From assembly GCA_951406725.2 (NCBI GenBank), contig OX597831.1:74462001-74526000 (forward strand): a stretch of 64,000 nt of DNA. The letters are read 5' to 3'. This DNA comes from Octopus vulgaris (Eukaryota). Positions within the stretch are counted from its first letter, which is position 1, and each line of letters opens with the position of its first letter. The notes under the pieces were generated by a model that saw only the letters and a program-made list of their open reading frames with translations, ran no database searches and was not told the origin of the DNA. Position numbers and translations under genes: made by a program. Shown one piece after another: positions 38,570 through 51,056 of this stretch.

Positions 38570-40039
38570 ACGTTCTCACTTTCCCGAGCATCAAAGTAAT
38601 ACACCTGCTTGTTGTTCATACACCTAAGTCTTTTGTCTTTCTGTAAATTTCAACTATATATATAAATAAATATATATATATATATGATGATATATATATA
38701 TATATATATATCATCATCATCATTGTTTAACGTCCGTTTTCCATGCTAGCATCGGTTGGACGGTTCGACCGGGGTCTGGAAAGCCAGGAGGCTGCACCAG
38801 GCTCCAGTCTGATCTGGCAGTATTTCTACAGCTGGATGCCCTTCCTAACGCCAACTACTCTGAGAGTGTAGTGGGTGCTTTCACGTGCCACCGGCACGAG
38901 GGCCAGTCAGGCGGTACTGGCATCGGCCACACTCAAATGCCATCTGCACATATGAATATATTGTTTTTGGATTTGGTTCGCTAGATTCTTTATGTGAATT
39001 TGTGTGTTGAAACATATTTCATTTTGTCTGGGGAGAGTCATTCTCTTTCGGTACCTTATAATTTAACACACTCACCGGTAAAGTTTCCACTCATTTACTT
39101 ATTTATTTTGCCTAAAATTTTTGTCGTGACTATTGAAAAGATTGCAAGACGCAATAAAACTTTTGGGAAAAATAAATAGGCACAGGAGTGGCTGTGTGGT
39201 AAGTAGCTTGCTAACCAACCACATGGTTCCGGGTTCAGTCCCACTGCGTGGCATCTTGGGCAAGTGTTTTCTGCTATAGCCCCGGGCCGACCAATGCCTT
39301 GTGAGTGGATTTGGTAGGCGGAAACTGAAAGAAGCCTGTCATATATATATGTATATATATGTATATATGTGTATGTGTGTGTGTTTGTGTGTGTGTGTTT
39401 GTCCCCCTAGCATTGCTTGACAACCGATGCTGGTGTGTTTGCATCCCCGTCACTTAGCGGTTTGGCAAAAGAGACCGATAGAATAAGTACTGGGCTTACA
39501 AAGAATAAGTCCCGGGGTCGATTTGCTCGACTAAAGTTGGTGCTCCAGCATGGTCGCAGTCAAATGACTGAAACAAGTAAAAGAGTAAAGAGTAAAGAGA
39601 GGTAAATGAGTGGAAACTTTACCAGTGAGTGTGTTAAATAATAAGGCACTAAAAGAGAATGACTCCCCAGACACAACAAAATAGATATACATACATATAT
39701 ATATCATCACCATCATCTTCATTATGTAATGTCTTCTCTTCCAGGCTAGCATGGGTCACAAGGAACTTGTTCAAGCTAATTTTCTACAGATGGATGTCCT
39801 TCCTGTTGCCAACCCACTCCTGTTTCCAAGCAAGGTAATATCTTCCTCATGGCCAAATACTGGACATGAATGACACCGCTTATATGACAAGGACACTCAT
39901 TTACAACCATAAAGCGATGTCAGGAAAAAGAGACACAAACATATGCACACACACACATACATATATATATGTGACCTCGTGTGTATCGTTGGCGATTTTT
40001 TCCTCTGTCTTCCTTCTCGGGATCTTTCGCAATTCCCAT

Positions 40040-40073
40040 GTTTCCAAGAAGGCAGCCGCTCGAAACGTTAAAC
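40040..40073 (+). ncRNA. Decayed minimal hammerhead
   Basis: GTTT-CCAAGAA-ggcagccgctc-GAAAC-GTT-AAAC. Confidence 0.45.
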
Positions 40074-40207
40074 CCTCCATCTTCCCTTCTTTCCTGAGCG
40101 TCCAATAATACTATATTTGTTCCACGTCCTCGCGTTGTTGTGTTTTTTTGTGCTTTCTTGTTTGGATTAACTTTATATATATATATATATATTTATTATA
40201 TAGAAGG

Positions 40208-40258
40208 AGCTTCTACAGGACTAGAACTGTTTCATTCAAGAGAAATCTTCAGGAAGCT
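40208..40258 (-). ncRNA. Hammerhead with canonical core inside a 64-bp perfect palindrome (mirror copy on + strand, about 40255-40304)
   Basis: AGCTTC-CTGAAGA-tTTC tctt GAAt-GAAAC-AG ttctagtc CT-GTA-GAAGCT. Confidence 0.75.
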
Positions 40259-40387
40259 CCTGAAGATTTCTCTTGAATGAAACAGTTCTAGTCCTGTAGA
40301 AGCTCCTTCTATATAATAAATTAATTTTACTCTGCTATGTATTGAGTACCTTATTTACTGTGGTTAACCCCGAATCAACCCGGGACC

Positions 40388-40421
<34 letters not shown>

Positions 40422-41786
40422 AAGGCTTCTTTCAGTTTCCGTCTACCAAATCTACTCAAGGCTTTGGTCAGCCCAGGGCCAAAGCAGGAAACACTCACCT
40501 AGGGTGCTACACAGGAATCCAAGACGTGATGGAGAAGCAAACTTCTTAATTAAATATAACCATCTACAGGTACCCCGTCACTTACAACAAGGAGGGTACC
40601 AGCTGATCCGATCAATGGAATAGCCTGCTCGTGAAATCAACATGCAAGTGGTTGAGTACCCCACAGAACATGCATACCCTTAATGTAGCTCTGAGGGAGA
40701 TTCAGCAGGATACAGAATGTGAAAAGTTTGGCCCTGTGAATTACTGGTACCACTCATTTCTCCCAGCTGAGTGGACTGGAGCAATGTGAAATAGAGTGTC
40801 TTGCTCAAGGATCTAATGTGCCACCAGGAATTGAACTCGTGGCCTTACAAGTGTGAAAGACAGATAAGATATGCATATCCACATAGACATATCTCTCTCT
40901 CTCCCTCTATATATACATGTGTGTGTGTGTGTGTGTGTGTGTGCACGTGTGTGTATGTATGTATATATATATATCTTTAACTCTTTTACTTGTTTCAGTC
41001 ATTTGACTGCGGCCATGCTGGAGCACCGCCTTTAATCGAGCAAGTCAACCCCGGGACTTATTCTTTTGTAAGCCTACTACTTATTCTATCGGTCTCTTTT
41101 GCCGAACCGCTAAGTAATAGGGACATAAACACACCAGCATCAGTTGTCAAGCAATGCTAGGGGGACAAACAGACACACAAACGCATATATATATATATAT
41201 ATACACATATACGACGGGCTTCTTTCAGTTTCCGTCTACCAAATCCACTCACAAGGATTTGATCGACAACGAGGCTATAGTAGAAGACACTTGCCCAAGG
41301 TGCCATGCAGTGGGACTGAACCCGGAACCATGTGGTTGGTAAACAAGCTACTTACCACACAGCCAATCCTGCGCCATGTGCATATATATATATACACATG
41401 CACACATATAAAAGCTATTATCGTTTTTCAATCTAGACAGAAGGTGCAAAACATCCCGGTACACTTTAGAAACATCATTCATTTAACATCCACTTTCATT
41501 GCTGGCATGGGTTAGATGGTTTGATTAGAACTGGCAAGCTGGAGAACTGCACCAAGATCCAATCTGATTTGGCTTGGTTTCTACAGCTGAATGCCCTTCC
41601 TAACGCTAAACACACACACATATAAATGTAATATAAGATATCTGTATAATAGCTTGTTTACCAACCACATGGTTCTGGTTTCAGTCCCACTGCGTGGCAC
41701 CTTGGGCAAGTGTCTTCTACTATAGCCTCGGGCCGACCAAACCCTTGTGAGTGGATTTGGTAGACGGAAACTGAAAGAAGCCCGTC

Positions 41787-41825
<39 letters not shown>

Positions 41826-42563
41826 TGTGTGTGTGTTTGTGTGTCTGTGTTTGTCCCCCTAGCATTGCTTGACAACCGATGCTGGTGTGTTTATGTCCCC
41901 GTCACTTAGCGGTTCGGCAAAAAGAGACCGATAGAATAAGTACTGGACTTACAAAGAATAAGTTCCGGGGTCGAGTTGCTCGGTTAAAGGCGGTGCTCCA
42001 GCATGGCCGCAGTCAAATGACTGAAACAAGTAAAAGAGTAACCCATGCCAGCATGGACAATGGATGTTAAATGATGATGATGATGATACTAGTCAGTGCA
42101 TTGGGCCCTTGAACAAGATACTTCATTCTCCATAGTTCCAGTCCATTCAACTGTGAACGAGCAGCCCTGTGACTGGTTGATGTCCCACGCAAAGGGTGAG
42201 GGTGGGGGGAAATGTTGTGATGTTGGTCACTCGGTATGTCTTAGAAACTGGGTAACTGGACTCGTGAATTGTACGACTCGAGATGGTAATGTCCAAGGTT
42301 GTTGTTGTTGATGATGGCAGTATTTTATTTCTTTTTTAATATTCCAACTACATAAGAATCGTCGTTTTCTTTTATTCCAGTAAATACTTTCGTTATTTCT
42401 TATTAACGAGAAATTAAAAGAGCAATGCTAGATATGGACAACAAATATAATGTTTGATTTATATGAAATCTATTTGGGACACAGTATCGCTGCTCTTTCA
42501 TTATTATCTATAACAAGTTTAGATTTCAAATTTTCAAATATATACACACAAACAAATATATAC

Positions 42564-42606
<43 letters not shown>

Positions 42607-43475
42607 CCATCATTGTTTAAACAATGACGATGATATATATCTAATTGTAGATTAACATGATTGGTAGTGATTTACACTGCAAGTGAATGGCAAACATATC
42701 AGGTACAAGAAAATGTAAACTTTGACCTAAAGATCTAACTCCGTAGGTCAGTGTGAACTACAGGGTGGTGCACGAAGAGAATCATCATCATCGTTTTAAC
42801 GTCCGCTTTCCATGCTAGCATGGGTTGGACGATTGACTGAGGGCTGGCAACCAGATGGCTGCACCAGGCTCCAGTCTGATCTGGCAGACTTTCTACAGCT
42901 GGATGCCCTTCCTAACGCCAACCACTCCGAGAGTGTAGTGGGTGCTTTTTACGTGCCAATCAGGCGGTACTGGAAACAACCTCGCTCGAATCTTTTACAC
43001 ATGCCACACAGTTTCCATCTACACTCCTTTTCACTCACAAGGCATCGGTTAACCCATGGCTGCATCAGAAGACGCTTGCCTAAGGTTCCACACAGTGGGA
43101 ACGAACCTGAAACCAAATAGTCACAGGTTACTTGTTGACCCCTACCGATGCTAGTGTCACAAAAAGGCTCACTCTGTAAAGTGGTTGGTGTTGGGAATGA
43201 AAACAAATGTTAAACGATGATGATGACACACACACACACACATATATATGAACAAAAACACATCTGAGCCTCTGACTACTGCAAACACTTTGGGCCAAAC
43301 CAGCTCTGACATGTAAAGAGAACACTGAACTTTCATAAATATACATATACAATGGCAGTGCCCCAGCATGGCCACAGCTTGTGAGCTGAAACTAGATAAA
43401 AAAAAATAATAATAATTTTACACACACAAACATATATATATATATATATATAATTATACATTCCTGTCACAACCT

Positions 43476-43519
43476 GGGACCTTGAAGACGGCTATAATGC
43501 ATGAAAGTATACTAGTCCC
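43476..43519 (+). ncRNA. Hammerhead-like motif (CUUGAAGA core)
   Basis: GGGAC-CTTGAAGA-cggctataatgcat-GAAA-GTATAC-TA-GTCCC; palindrome AGTATACT. Confidence 0.55.
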
Positions 43520-43632
43520 CTAATATTTTATATTCAGCATTTCATCTATTCAATAAGACAATCAGTAACTCATTTCATTTTACTCTATATATGTTATTTA
43601 TACCATATATTCTATATCCTACATTAATATTA

Positions 43633-44588
43633 TCATCATCATCATTTAGCGTCCGTTTTCCATGCTGGCATGGGTTGGACGGTTCAACTGGGGTCTGTGA
43701 AGCCGGAAGGCTTCATCAGGCTCAGTCAGATCTGGCAGTGTTTCTACAGCTGGATGCCCTTCCTAATGCCAACCACTCCGTGAGTGTAGTGGGTGCTTTT
43801 TACATGCCACCCGCACAGGTGCCAGACAGAGCTGGCAAACAGCGACGAACGGATGGTGCTTTTACGTGCCACCGGCACGGGGGCCAGGCGAGGCTGGCAA
43901 CGGACACGAGCGGATGGTGCTTTTACGTGCCACTGGCACGGGGGCCAGGCGAGGCTGGCAACGGACACGAACGGATGGTGCTTTTTACGTGCCACCGGCA
44001 CGAGGCCAGTCGGCGGCGCTGGCAACGGTCATGAACGGATGGTTCTCTTACGTGCCACCGACACTGGTAACTCAGCTGCAATTTCCATTGATCGATTTCG
44101 ATTCTGATCCTCAGTTGCCTCAACAGGTCTTCACAAGTAGAGTTTTGTGTCCCAAGAAGGGGAGGTATTCATACGTAGGCTGGCTCCATCCCATGTAGAA
44201 GTCCATGGGTTATGGTCTCACTTGTCCTGCTGGGTCTTCTCGCGCACAGCACACTTCCAGAGGTCTCGGTCTCTAGTCATTTCCTCAGTGAGATCTAAAG
44301 TTCGAAGGTCGTGCTTCACCACCTCGTCCCAGGTTTTCCTGGGTCTGCCTCTTCCACAGGTTCCCTCAACCGCTAGGGTGTGGCACTTTTTCACACAACT
44401 ATCTTCATCCATTCTCGCCACATGACCATACCAGCGCAAACATCTCTCTTGCAGACCACAACTGATGCTTCTTAGGTCCAGCTTTTCTCTCAAGGTACTG
44501 ACACTCTGTCGAGTATGAGTACTGACATTACACATCCATCGGAGCATACTGGCTTCATTTCTTGCGAGCTTACGCATATCCTCAGCAT
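43633..44588 (-). mobile_element. RTE-clade LINE 3' fragment (ORF2 C-terminus, 3' UTR, (GAT)n tail)
   Basis: MLRW...RCLRWYGHVARM...GRGRPRKTWDEVV..D (ORF 44218-44577). The same 3' UTR recurs near 4657, 6727, 14160, 16760, 19300, 26808, 27930, 36400, 38712, 42782 and 46810. Confidence 0.9.
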
Positions 44589-44858
44589 TATAAAGAATAT
44601 AAATAAAACATAAAAAACAGAGTTGGAATTTCTTTGAATAACATATATCCCTCTATACACAATCATACAAACGCCTTTTTATTTATATATATAACAAAAA
44701 TTCAGGGTGAATATTTGATAATTGTAAGCACCTGTATATACCATTTAGTGGTGTAGGTAATAGAGTATATTAATCAAAATAAAAACATGATGCCAAGGAT
44801 TCAGCGGTACATATGTTTCGGGCCTTTATTAGACGGTTTTACAAGTGTGTCTATGTAC

Positions 44859-44936
44859 GCGGCTGAAGAAGGCCACAAACACACATTATGCATTGTTGTA
44901 AAACTGTCTAATAAAGGCCCGAAACATATGTACCAC
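44859..44936 (+). ncRNA. Hammerhead within a 69-bp-arm inverted repeat
   Basis: GCGG-CTGAAGA-aGGCC...GGCCc-GAAAC-ATAT-GTA-CCaC; palindrome ACATATGT. Confidence 0.68.
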
Positions 44937-44973
44937 TGAATCCTTGGCATCATGTTTTTATTTTATTATATAT

Positions 44974-45014
<41 letters not shown>

Positions 45015-45779
45015 TATATATATATATATATAGATTCAAATGAATATGGTATTTAATTTAGATGCACCAGAATTTTGTATGGTGTTACCCATAAAAATAT
45101 GCGGGGTGATTCTTGTTGCTTATTATTTTTTTATTATATATACATATACATAGGAGTGGCTATGTGGTATGTAGATTGCCTACCTAAGCAACCAACTTCC
45201 ACTTCAGTCATTTCTGAGTTTACTGATGCTACTATCCAGAAACAAAAATTTAAAACTTTTTCAAGCCATCGTAGGCTTTTGTTTTGCCACGGCCCCAAGA
45301 GGGGGCGGAATTTGAAACTGTATTTTTTGTTACCATGTTACAAAAGAAAAACCCCAATTCATCGCCCCAGAAAAGAAAGAAGACCCTAAAGTCTTAACTG
45401 AATACAACACTGAAGACATGGATATGGACGAGATTGTCGTCAACCATCATCTCAGAGAATTTTTTCCCAAACACAGGGACTTAAATGAAAGATGTGCCTG
45501 TATAGGGGAAACCTTATACAGTTCAGCAAAAAGAGTCCGACAGAATAAGTACTAGGTTTACAAAGAATAAGTCCTGGGGTCAATTTGTTTGACTAAAAGG
45601 TGGTGCTCCAGCATGGCTGCAGTCAAATGACTGAAACAAGTAAAAGAAAAAAAGAATATATGATGACTAACGACTCATGAGTGAGGAAGACCATCACTGA
45701 CCATTAAGAACATTGAGCACTGAGAGGAATTTGTACTTTGCCCTTGTGGCTCATCTGGTGACTAATTAGCCCAGATCTT

Positions 45780-46260
45780 GATGGAGATACATGTCCACAG
45801 ACGTTGTAGGCCAAGCTTTGCCCATTCACTACATTGTAAGGAGAACTGCCTTGAACAGAATATGAATCTTGTCCATATTTTCACTGATTTAACCAATGCC
45901 TTCGATACTGTAAATACAGCCTCTCAATAGAGAACACTCAGTAAACTTGGTTGCCTGAGTCACTTTGTATCAATAACTAAATCATTTCATGATGGGATAG
46001 AGGCATGAGTCAATGTTGGTGCTGGCATGGTAGGACTCCCCCTTTGCAAATGAAGTGACATCCTTGTCCCAATTCTCTTGGCCTTGTATTTTGCTGCTCC
46101 TCTCACTCATGCTTTTGCTGTGGATTGCTCTTCTGGAATATACGTGAGGTACCAAACTTCTGCTCATCTCTTCAACTTGCAACAATTTACTACAAATTGA
46201 AAAGTTTTCACTCTCTAATTCGTAACCTTTATGCAGATGATTGCGACTTAGTTGCTCATT
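45780..46260 (+). mobile_element. Old RTE-type reverse transcriptase fragment
   Basis: ENCLEQN..LVHIFTDLTNAFDTVN, LSKLGC..FVSI.KSFHDG, LYADDCDLVAH. Confidence 0.8.
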
Positions 46261-46587
46261 ATATATATATATATGTATACCCATGCTAGCATGGAGAACG
46301 GACGTTAAACGATGATGATGATGATATATATATATATATATATATATAATAATAATATTAGGGAATAAATCCAAACTTACAGGGAAAAATTAGATTTAGG
46401 ATTAAATCCAATTTTATAGTATAAATATATTATATTATATCATATTAAATTAGAGATAAAACCACTATTAGGCAAATCAAACAGTGAAAAATGTAAGCCA
46501 ATACATAAAATTAATTTAAAAATATAAAAGTTAAAATTTAAAAATTATTTAAATAATTTAAACTTATAAATTTTAAATATATATATA

Positions 46588-46631
<44 letters not shown>

Positions 46632-46742
46632 ATTTTATATTTATATATTATTTTATTTATTATTTTTTTATATTTTTAAATTAATTTTATGTTTTTCACT
46701 GTTTGATTTGCCTAATAGTGGTTTTATCTCTAATTTAATATA

Positions 46743-46802
<60 letters not shown>

Positions 46803-47265
46803 TATATATTCGAGCATGATCATTACCAGTGTCACCTTACTGGCACTTGTGCCCAATTCTAGTGGGTGCTAAGAGCAACATCCGTGAGTGATCGTTGCCA
46901 GAGTGGCTAGCTGGCTTCCATGCCGGTGGCATGTAAGAGGCACCATTTGAGCGGGATTGTTACCAGCGTCGCCTTACTGGCACATCAAAAAACATTCGAG
47001 TGAGGTTGTTGCCAATACAGCCTGACTGGCCCTGTGCCGGTGGCACGTAAAAAGCACCCACTACACTCTCAAAGTTGTTGGTGTTAGGAAGGGCATCCAG
47101 CTGTAGAAAGTCTGCCGGATCAGATTGGAGCCTGGTGCAGCCATCTGGTTCGCCAGTCCTCAGTCAAATCGTCCAACCCATGCTAGCATAGAAAGTGGAT
47201 GTTAAACGATGATGATGATGATGATGATATATATATATATATATATACATACATACATACACATA

Positions 47266-48442
47266 TTGGGTTGGCAACTACGTTCCCACCGCTTTTTTAA
47301 ACTTTGGAATTTTTTGTATTTTTAAATTTTAGAATCTACTTTATTATTTTTTCCTAGTTAATTTTAGTTAATTTTTGTTCATTTTCAGATCTTTAAAATA
47401 GAATGTCAAGTCAAGAAAAACGAGCATTTTCGACACCTCCTCCTTTTTGCTTTTAATCAAGGTTCTAAGGCCGCAATAGCTGCTTGCGACATTTGTGCTG
47501 CATATGGAGAGGGTGCCATAGCTGAAAGAACCTCTCGTAATTGGTATGCCAAGTTCAAAAATGGAAATTTTGACCTCAACGACGCACCTCATTCTGGCCA
47601 TGCGGTTGAGTTCGATGATGAGCGATTAAACCAACTTTTACACGAAAATTCTCGTCAAACAGTAAAGAAAATGGAATGCTTCCACACTGCTATAGAGAAG
47701 CATATTCACTCGATGGGAAAGGTTCAGAAGTATGGAACATGGGTTCCGCATGCTTTAAGTGACAACAACAAATATCAACGAGCCACAATCTCTGCTGGTT
47801 TGCTCGCTCGTTACCGCTCAACACATGGACACAAGCAACGATTTCTTTACCGAATCGTTACTGGCGACAAAAAAATGGTGTCTGTACATCAATATGAAGC
47901 AGCGTAAGGAATGACTTAGCCCCAGTAAACAAGCGACACCGTACGTGAAACAAGATTATCATCTGCGTAAAACAATGTTGTGTGTATGGAGGGACTGGGA
48001 AGGGATTATCCATTACGAATTGCTTGAACGGAACCAAACGGTCAACACGGAACTCTATGTTCAACTGATGGAATGACTCAACACAACTATTCAAGAAAAA
48101 AGACCTAATCGGCAGCATAGAGTTCTTCTGCTGCACGACAATACCTGCCCTCATATCGCCAATATGACCAAGGAAGCCATTCAAACACATGGCTGGGAAG
48201 TGCTGCCACACCCGCCGTACTCTCCTGATTTGGCACTAACGGATTTCTACCTCTTTCAAATGCTATGCACAGAGTTTCATTCAATACTGATTCAGAATTG
48301 AGAGCTTGGTTGGATCAATTTTTCGAGTCGAAATCGGGTAATTTCTACCAACGAGGTATTGAAAATCTTGTTGAACGTTGGGAAGAAGTTGTAAACAACA
48401 AGGGTGAATACATTATTGACTAAAACTTAGTTGCCAACACAA
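47266..48442 (+). mobile_element. Decayed mariner transposon
   Basis: TIRs TTGGGTTGGCAACTA/TAGTTGCCAACACAA with TA on both sides; transposase remnants WVPHAL, RIVTGD, LLHDN, PPYSPDLA; stops and frameshifts. Confidence 0.93.
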
Positions 48443-49472
48443 TATATATACATATACATATATATTTATATGCCTTTCATCCTTTCGGGGTCGATAAATT
48501 AAATACCAGTTACACACTGGGGTCGATGTAATCGACTTAATCCGTTTGTCTGTCCTTGTTTGTCCCCATTGCGTTTAGCCCCTTGTGGGTAGTAAAGAAA
48601 TATATATATATACACACACACACATACATAAATACATACATGCACACACACATATATACATACATATACACATAGATATACATATGCATGCACAAATATA
48701 AACGTGTATTTGCACTTATATGCATCACTATCATCATCGTTTAACGTCCGCCTTCCATGTTGGCATGGGTTGGACGGTTTGACAGGAGTTGGCCAAACAG
48801 AAACCTGCAACAGACTCTTCAAAATACATACATAATCCTGACCGATATTGAAATATAGCAAATCATTTTCTGCTTTGAAAACTTCAGATATCTTTTTGCA
48901 GTTCAATCAATTACAGTAATGTTTGCACTGCGTCAACAATAAAAAATGTGTTTGAAAAAAAAAAAGCCATCAGCTCCCTCAAATGTATAATTTAGAGCAA
49001 TTGAGTTTTTTTGGGGTTTTTTTAAAATTTATTTATTATAGGACAGCAGATGTACTAAATAAAATACTACAGAATACAACAAATGGTCCGAGGAAAATTT
49101 AAAGCGAGAGGGCGAAGAAGACGGTTATATTGGCTGTTTTGGGTGGAATTTTGTAGAAGAAAAACTGTAAGCAAGCAAACCATAAAACTAAGAACCCTCA
49201 CGGAGCTGGACGCTTAGACACTAAATCACTAAATAATCGATTTAAGTAAAACTATTAACGGGGACACAAACATATGTATACAGACATACACAAATATGCG
49301 TTTTTATATACGTGTATATATATGTTTAAGATCGCCTGTTTATATATGTGTGTGTGTTAGGTTTTGTTATAATAAACTGTTAAAATAGTCCGATCATGGC
49401 TTAGCTGAGCCGAACTTCGTAGTCACAGTCAATATTATTCTTTTCAAATAATTATATATATATATACGGCCG

Positions 49473-49533
49473 GATAACTGAAGAGATGGTGGTGTGGATT
49501 TCCACCTCGGCATCGGAAACTCAGAGTTTTATC
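49473..49533 (+). ncRNA. Hammerhead with canonical core
   Basis: GATAA-CTGAAGA-GATG..GGTG...CACC..CATC-g-GAAAC-TCAGA-GTT-TTATC. Confidence 0.7.
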
Positions 49534-49672
49534 TTGGCTACCGAATAATTGTCACATATTACATTTACACATAAATTCCTCTATTTACATAATATTGAGG
49601 TCTCTTTCTTTCTTTTGTTATCTTACCGTATTTATCAATATATATAGATATATATATATATATATATATATA

Positions 49673-49673
49673 T

Positions 49674-49721
<48 letters not shown>

Positions 49722-49742
49722 TATAGATAGATAGATAGAAAA

Positions 49743-49806
<64 letters not shown>

Positions 49807-49820
49807 TCAGATAGATAGTC

Positions 49821-49858
<38 letters not shown>

Positions 49859-49872
49859 TCAGATAGATAGAT
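49673..49872. repeat. (GATA)n microsatellite
   Basis: Direct inspection. Confidence 0.95.
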
Positions 49873-49979
49873 ATACATACATACACACACACGACTCCCT
49901 TAGACACATTTAAACGCACACACGCACACATACACGTATACGCAGAGGATTGCACAGAGCAGTTCTGTTCCATACTCAC

Positions 49980-50120
49980 CGATTTAAATTGGAGCGCTAC
50001 AGAATAATATGTTAGCAACGAGAGGCTGAAAGCTTTTCACACTCTTCTTATTCGGTGCTGTCAATCTTCTTCGTTATCAATGTTCAACACAAGGTCGACC
50101 AACACTTGAATCATCCACTA
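49980..50120 (-). other. Candidate non-coding first exon (5' UTR) of the IDE gene
   Basis: Strong donor tcg|gtgagt at 49979 in unique, relatively CpG-retaining sequence; 5' boundary unknown. Confidence 0.35.
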
Positions 50121-50826
50121 TAGTAATTAATATCATTAATATGATTATTATGTCTATTTAGATGCGTTTTGTGTTGTTGCTGTTGTTGTTATGTGAGAAT
50201 TCCGACCAAAGCCAGAGTCCATATGTGAAACAACGTGATGAATCAATTTCTATCGTTAGAGAGCGTCACTGGGAAAAAGTCGTTAGAATTATCTCCCTTC
50301 AATATTCGCGAAGGCAGTTTTTTTCACTTTTGACCTCCCTTTTTCTTTAGATTCTGGTTTCAAAAAAAAAAAAGCATTTCGCTTTATAGAAACTTCCACT
50401 ACTTTTAGGCAATGTATGAATATCACAACGTCTTATTTTCCTGCTAGGAATAGAGATGTTGTATCCCGTACAGCTTAATATGTTTTACTATGTTTAGACG
50501 CTGTTTCTAGGTTGCAACCGGACACAAGGGACAGATTCCTGGTTCTTTGTCCGCTCACGTTCTTTGTGTACTGATATTGATGTACAGATATTTCTGTTGG
50601 ATATCAACCGCATTGGCCTAATTCATCTCACCCTTTAGGCCAGATAGCGTGCTTTAAATGCAACGCAGACATCTCAAATGATATATATACACACTCATAC
50701 ATACATACATACATACATACACAAACACACACAAACACACACAAACACACATATATAAAAATGATTTCGGGAATGTTCTTGTCTGGGGAGTGATTTCATC
50801 TGAGATGATACGTTGAAGCTAAAAAA

Positions 50827-51056
50827 GGCGGCGAGCTGGCAGAAACGTTAGCACGCCGGGCGAAATGCGTAGCCGTATTTCGTCAGCCGTTACGTTCTGA
50901 GTTCAAATTCCGCCGAGGTCGACTTTGCCTTTCATCCTTTCGGGGTCGATAAATTTAGTAACAGTCACGCACTGGGGTCGATGTAATCGACTTAATCCGT
51001 TTGTCTGTCCTTGTTTGTCCCCTCTATGTTTAGCCCCTTGTGGGTTATAAAGAAAC
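50827..51056 (+). mobile_element. tRNA-derived SINE family B (Meta-domain-like; representative)
   Basis: GGCGGCGAGCTGGCAGAA head; GCCTTTCATCCTTTCGGGGTCGATAAA core. Copies at 15058 (+), 32512 (+), 5355 (-), 35473 (-). Confidence 0.85.

Noticed and set aside
39110-39170. Possible further hammerhead at the centre of the 39010-39680 inverted repeat
   Set aside because: Core and GAAA too degenerate to support from this copy alone
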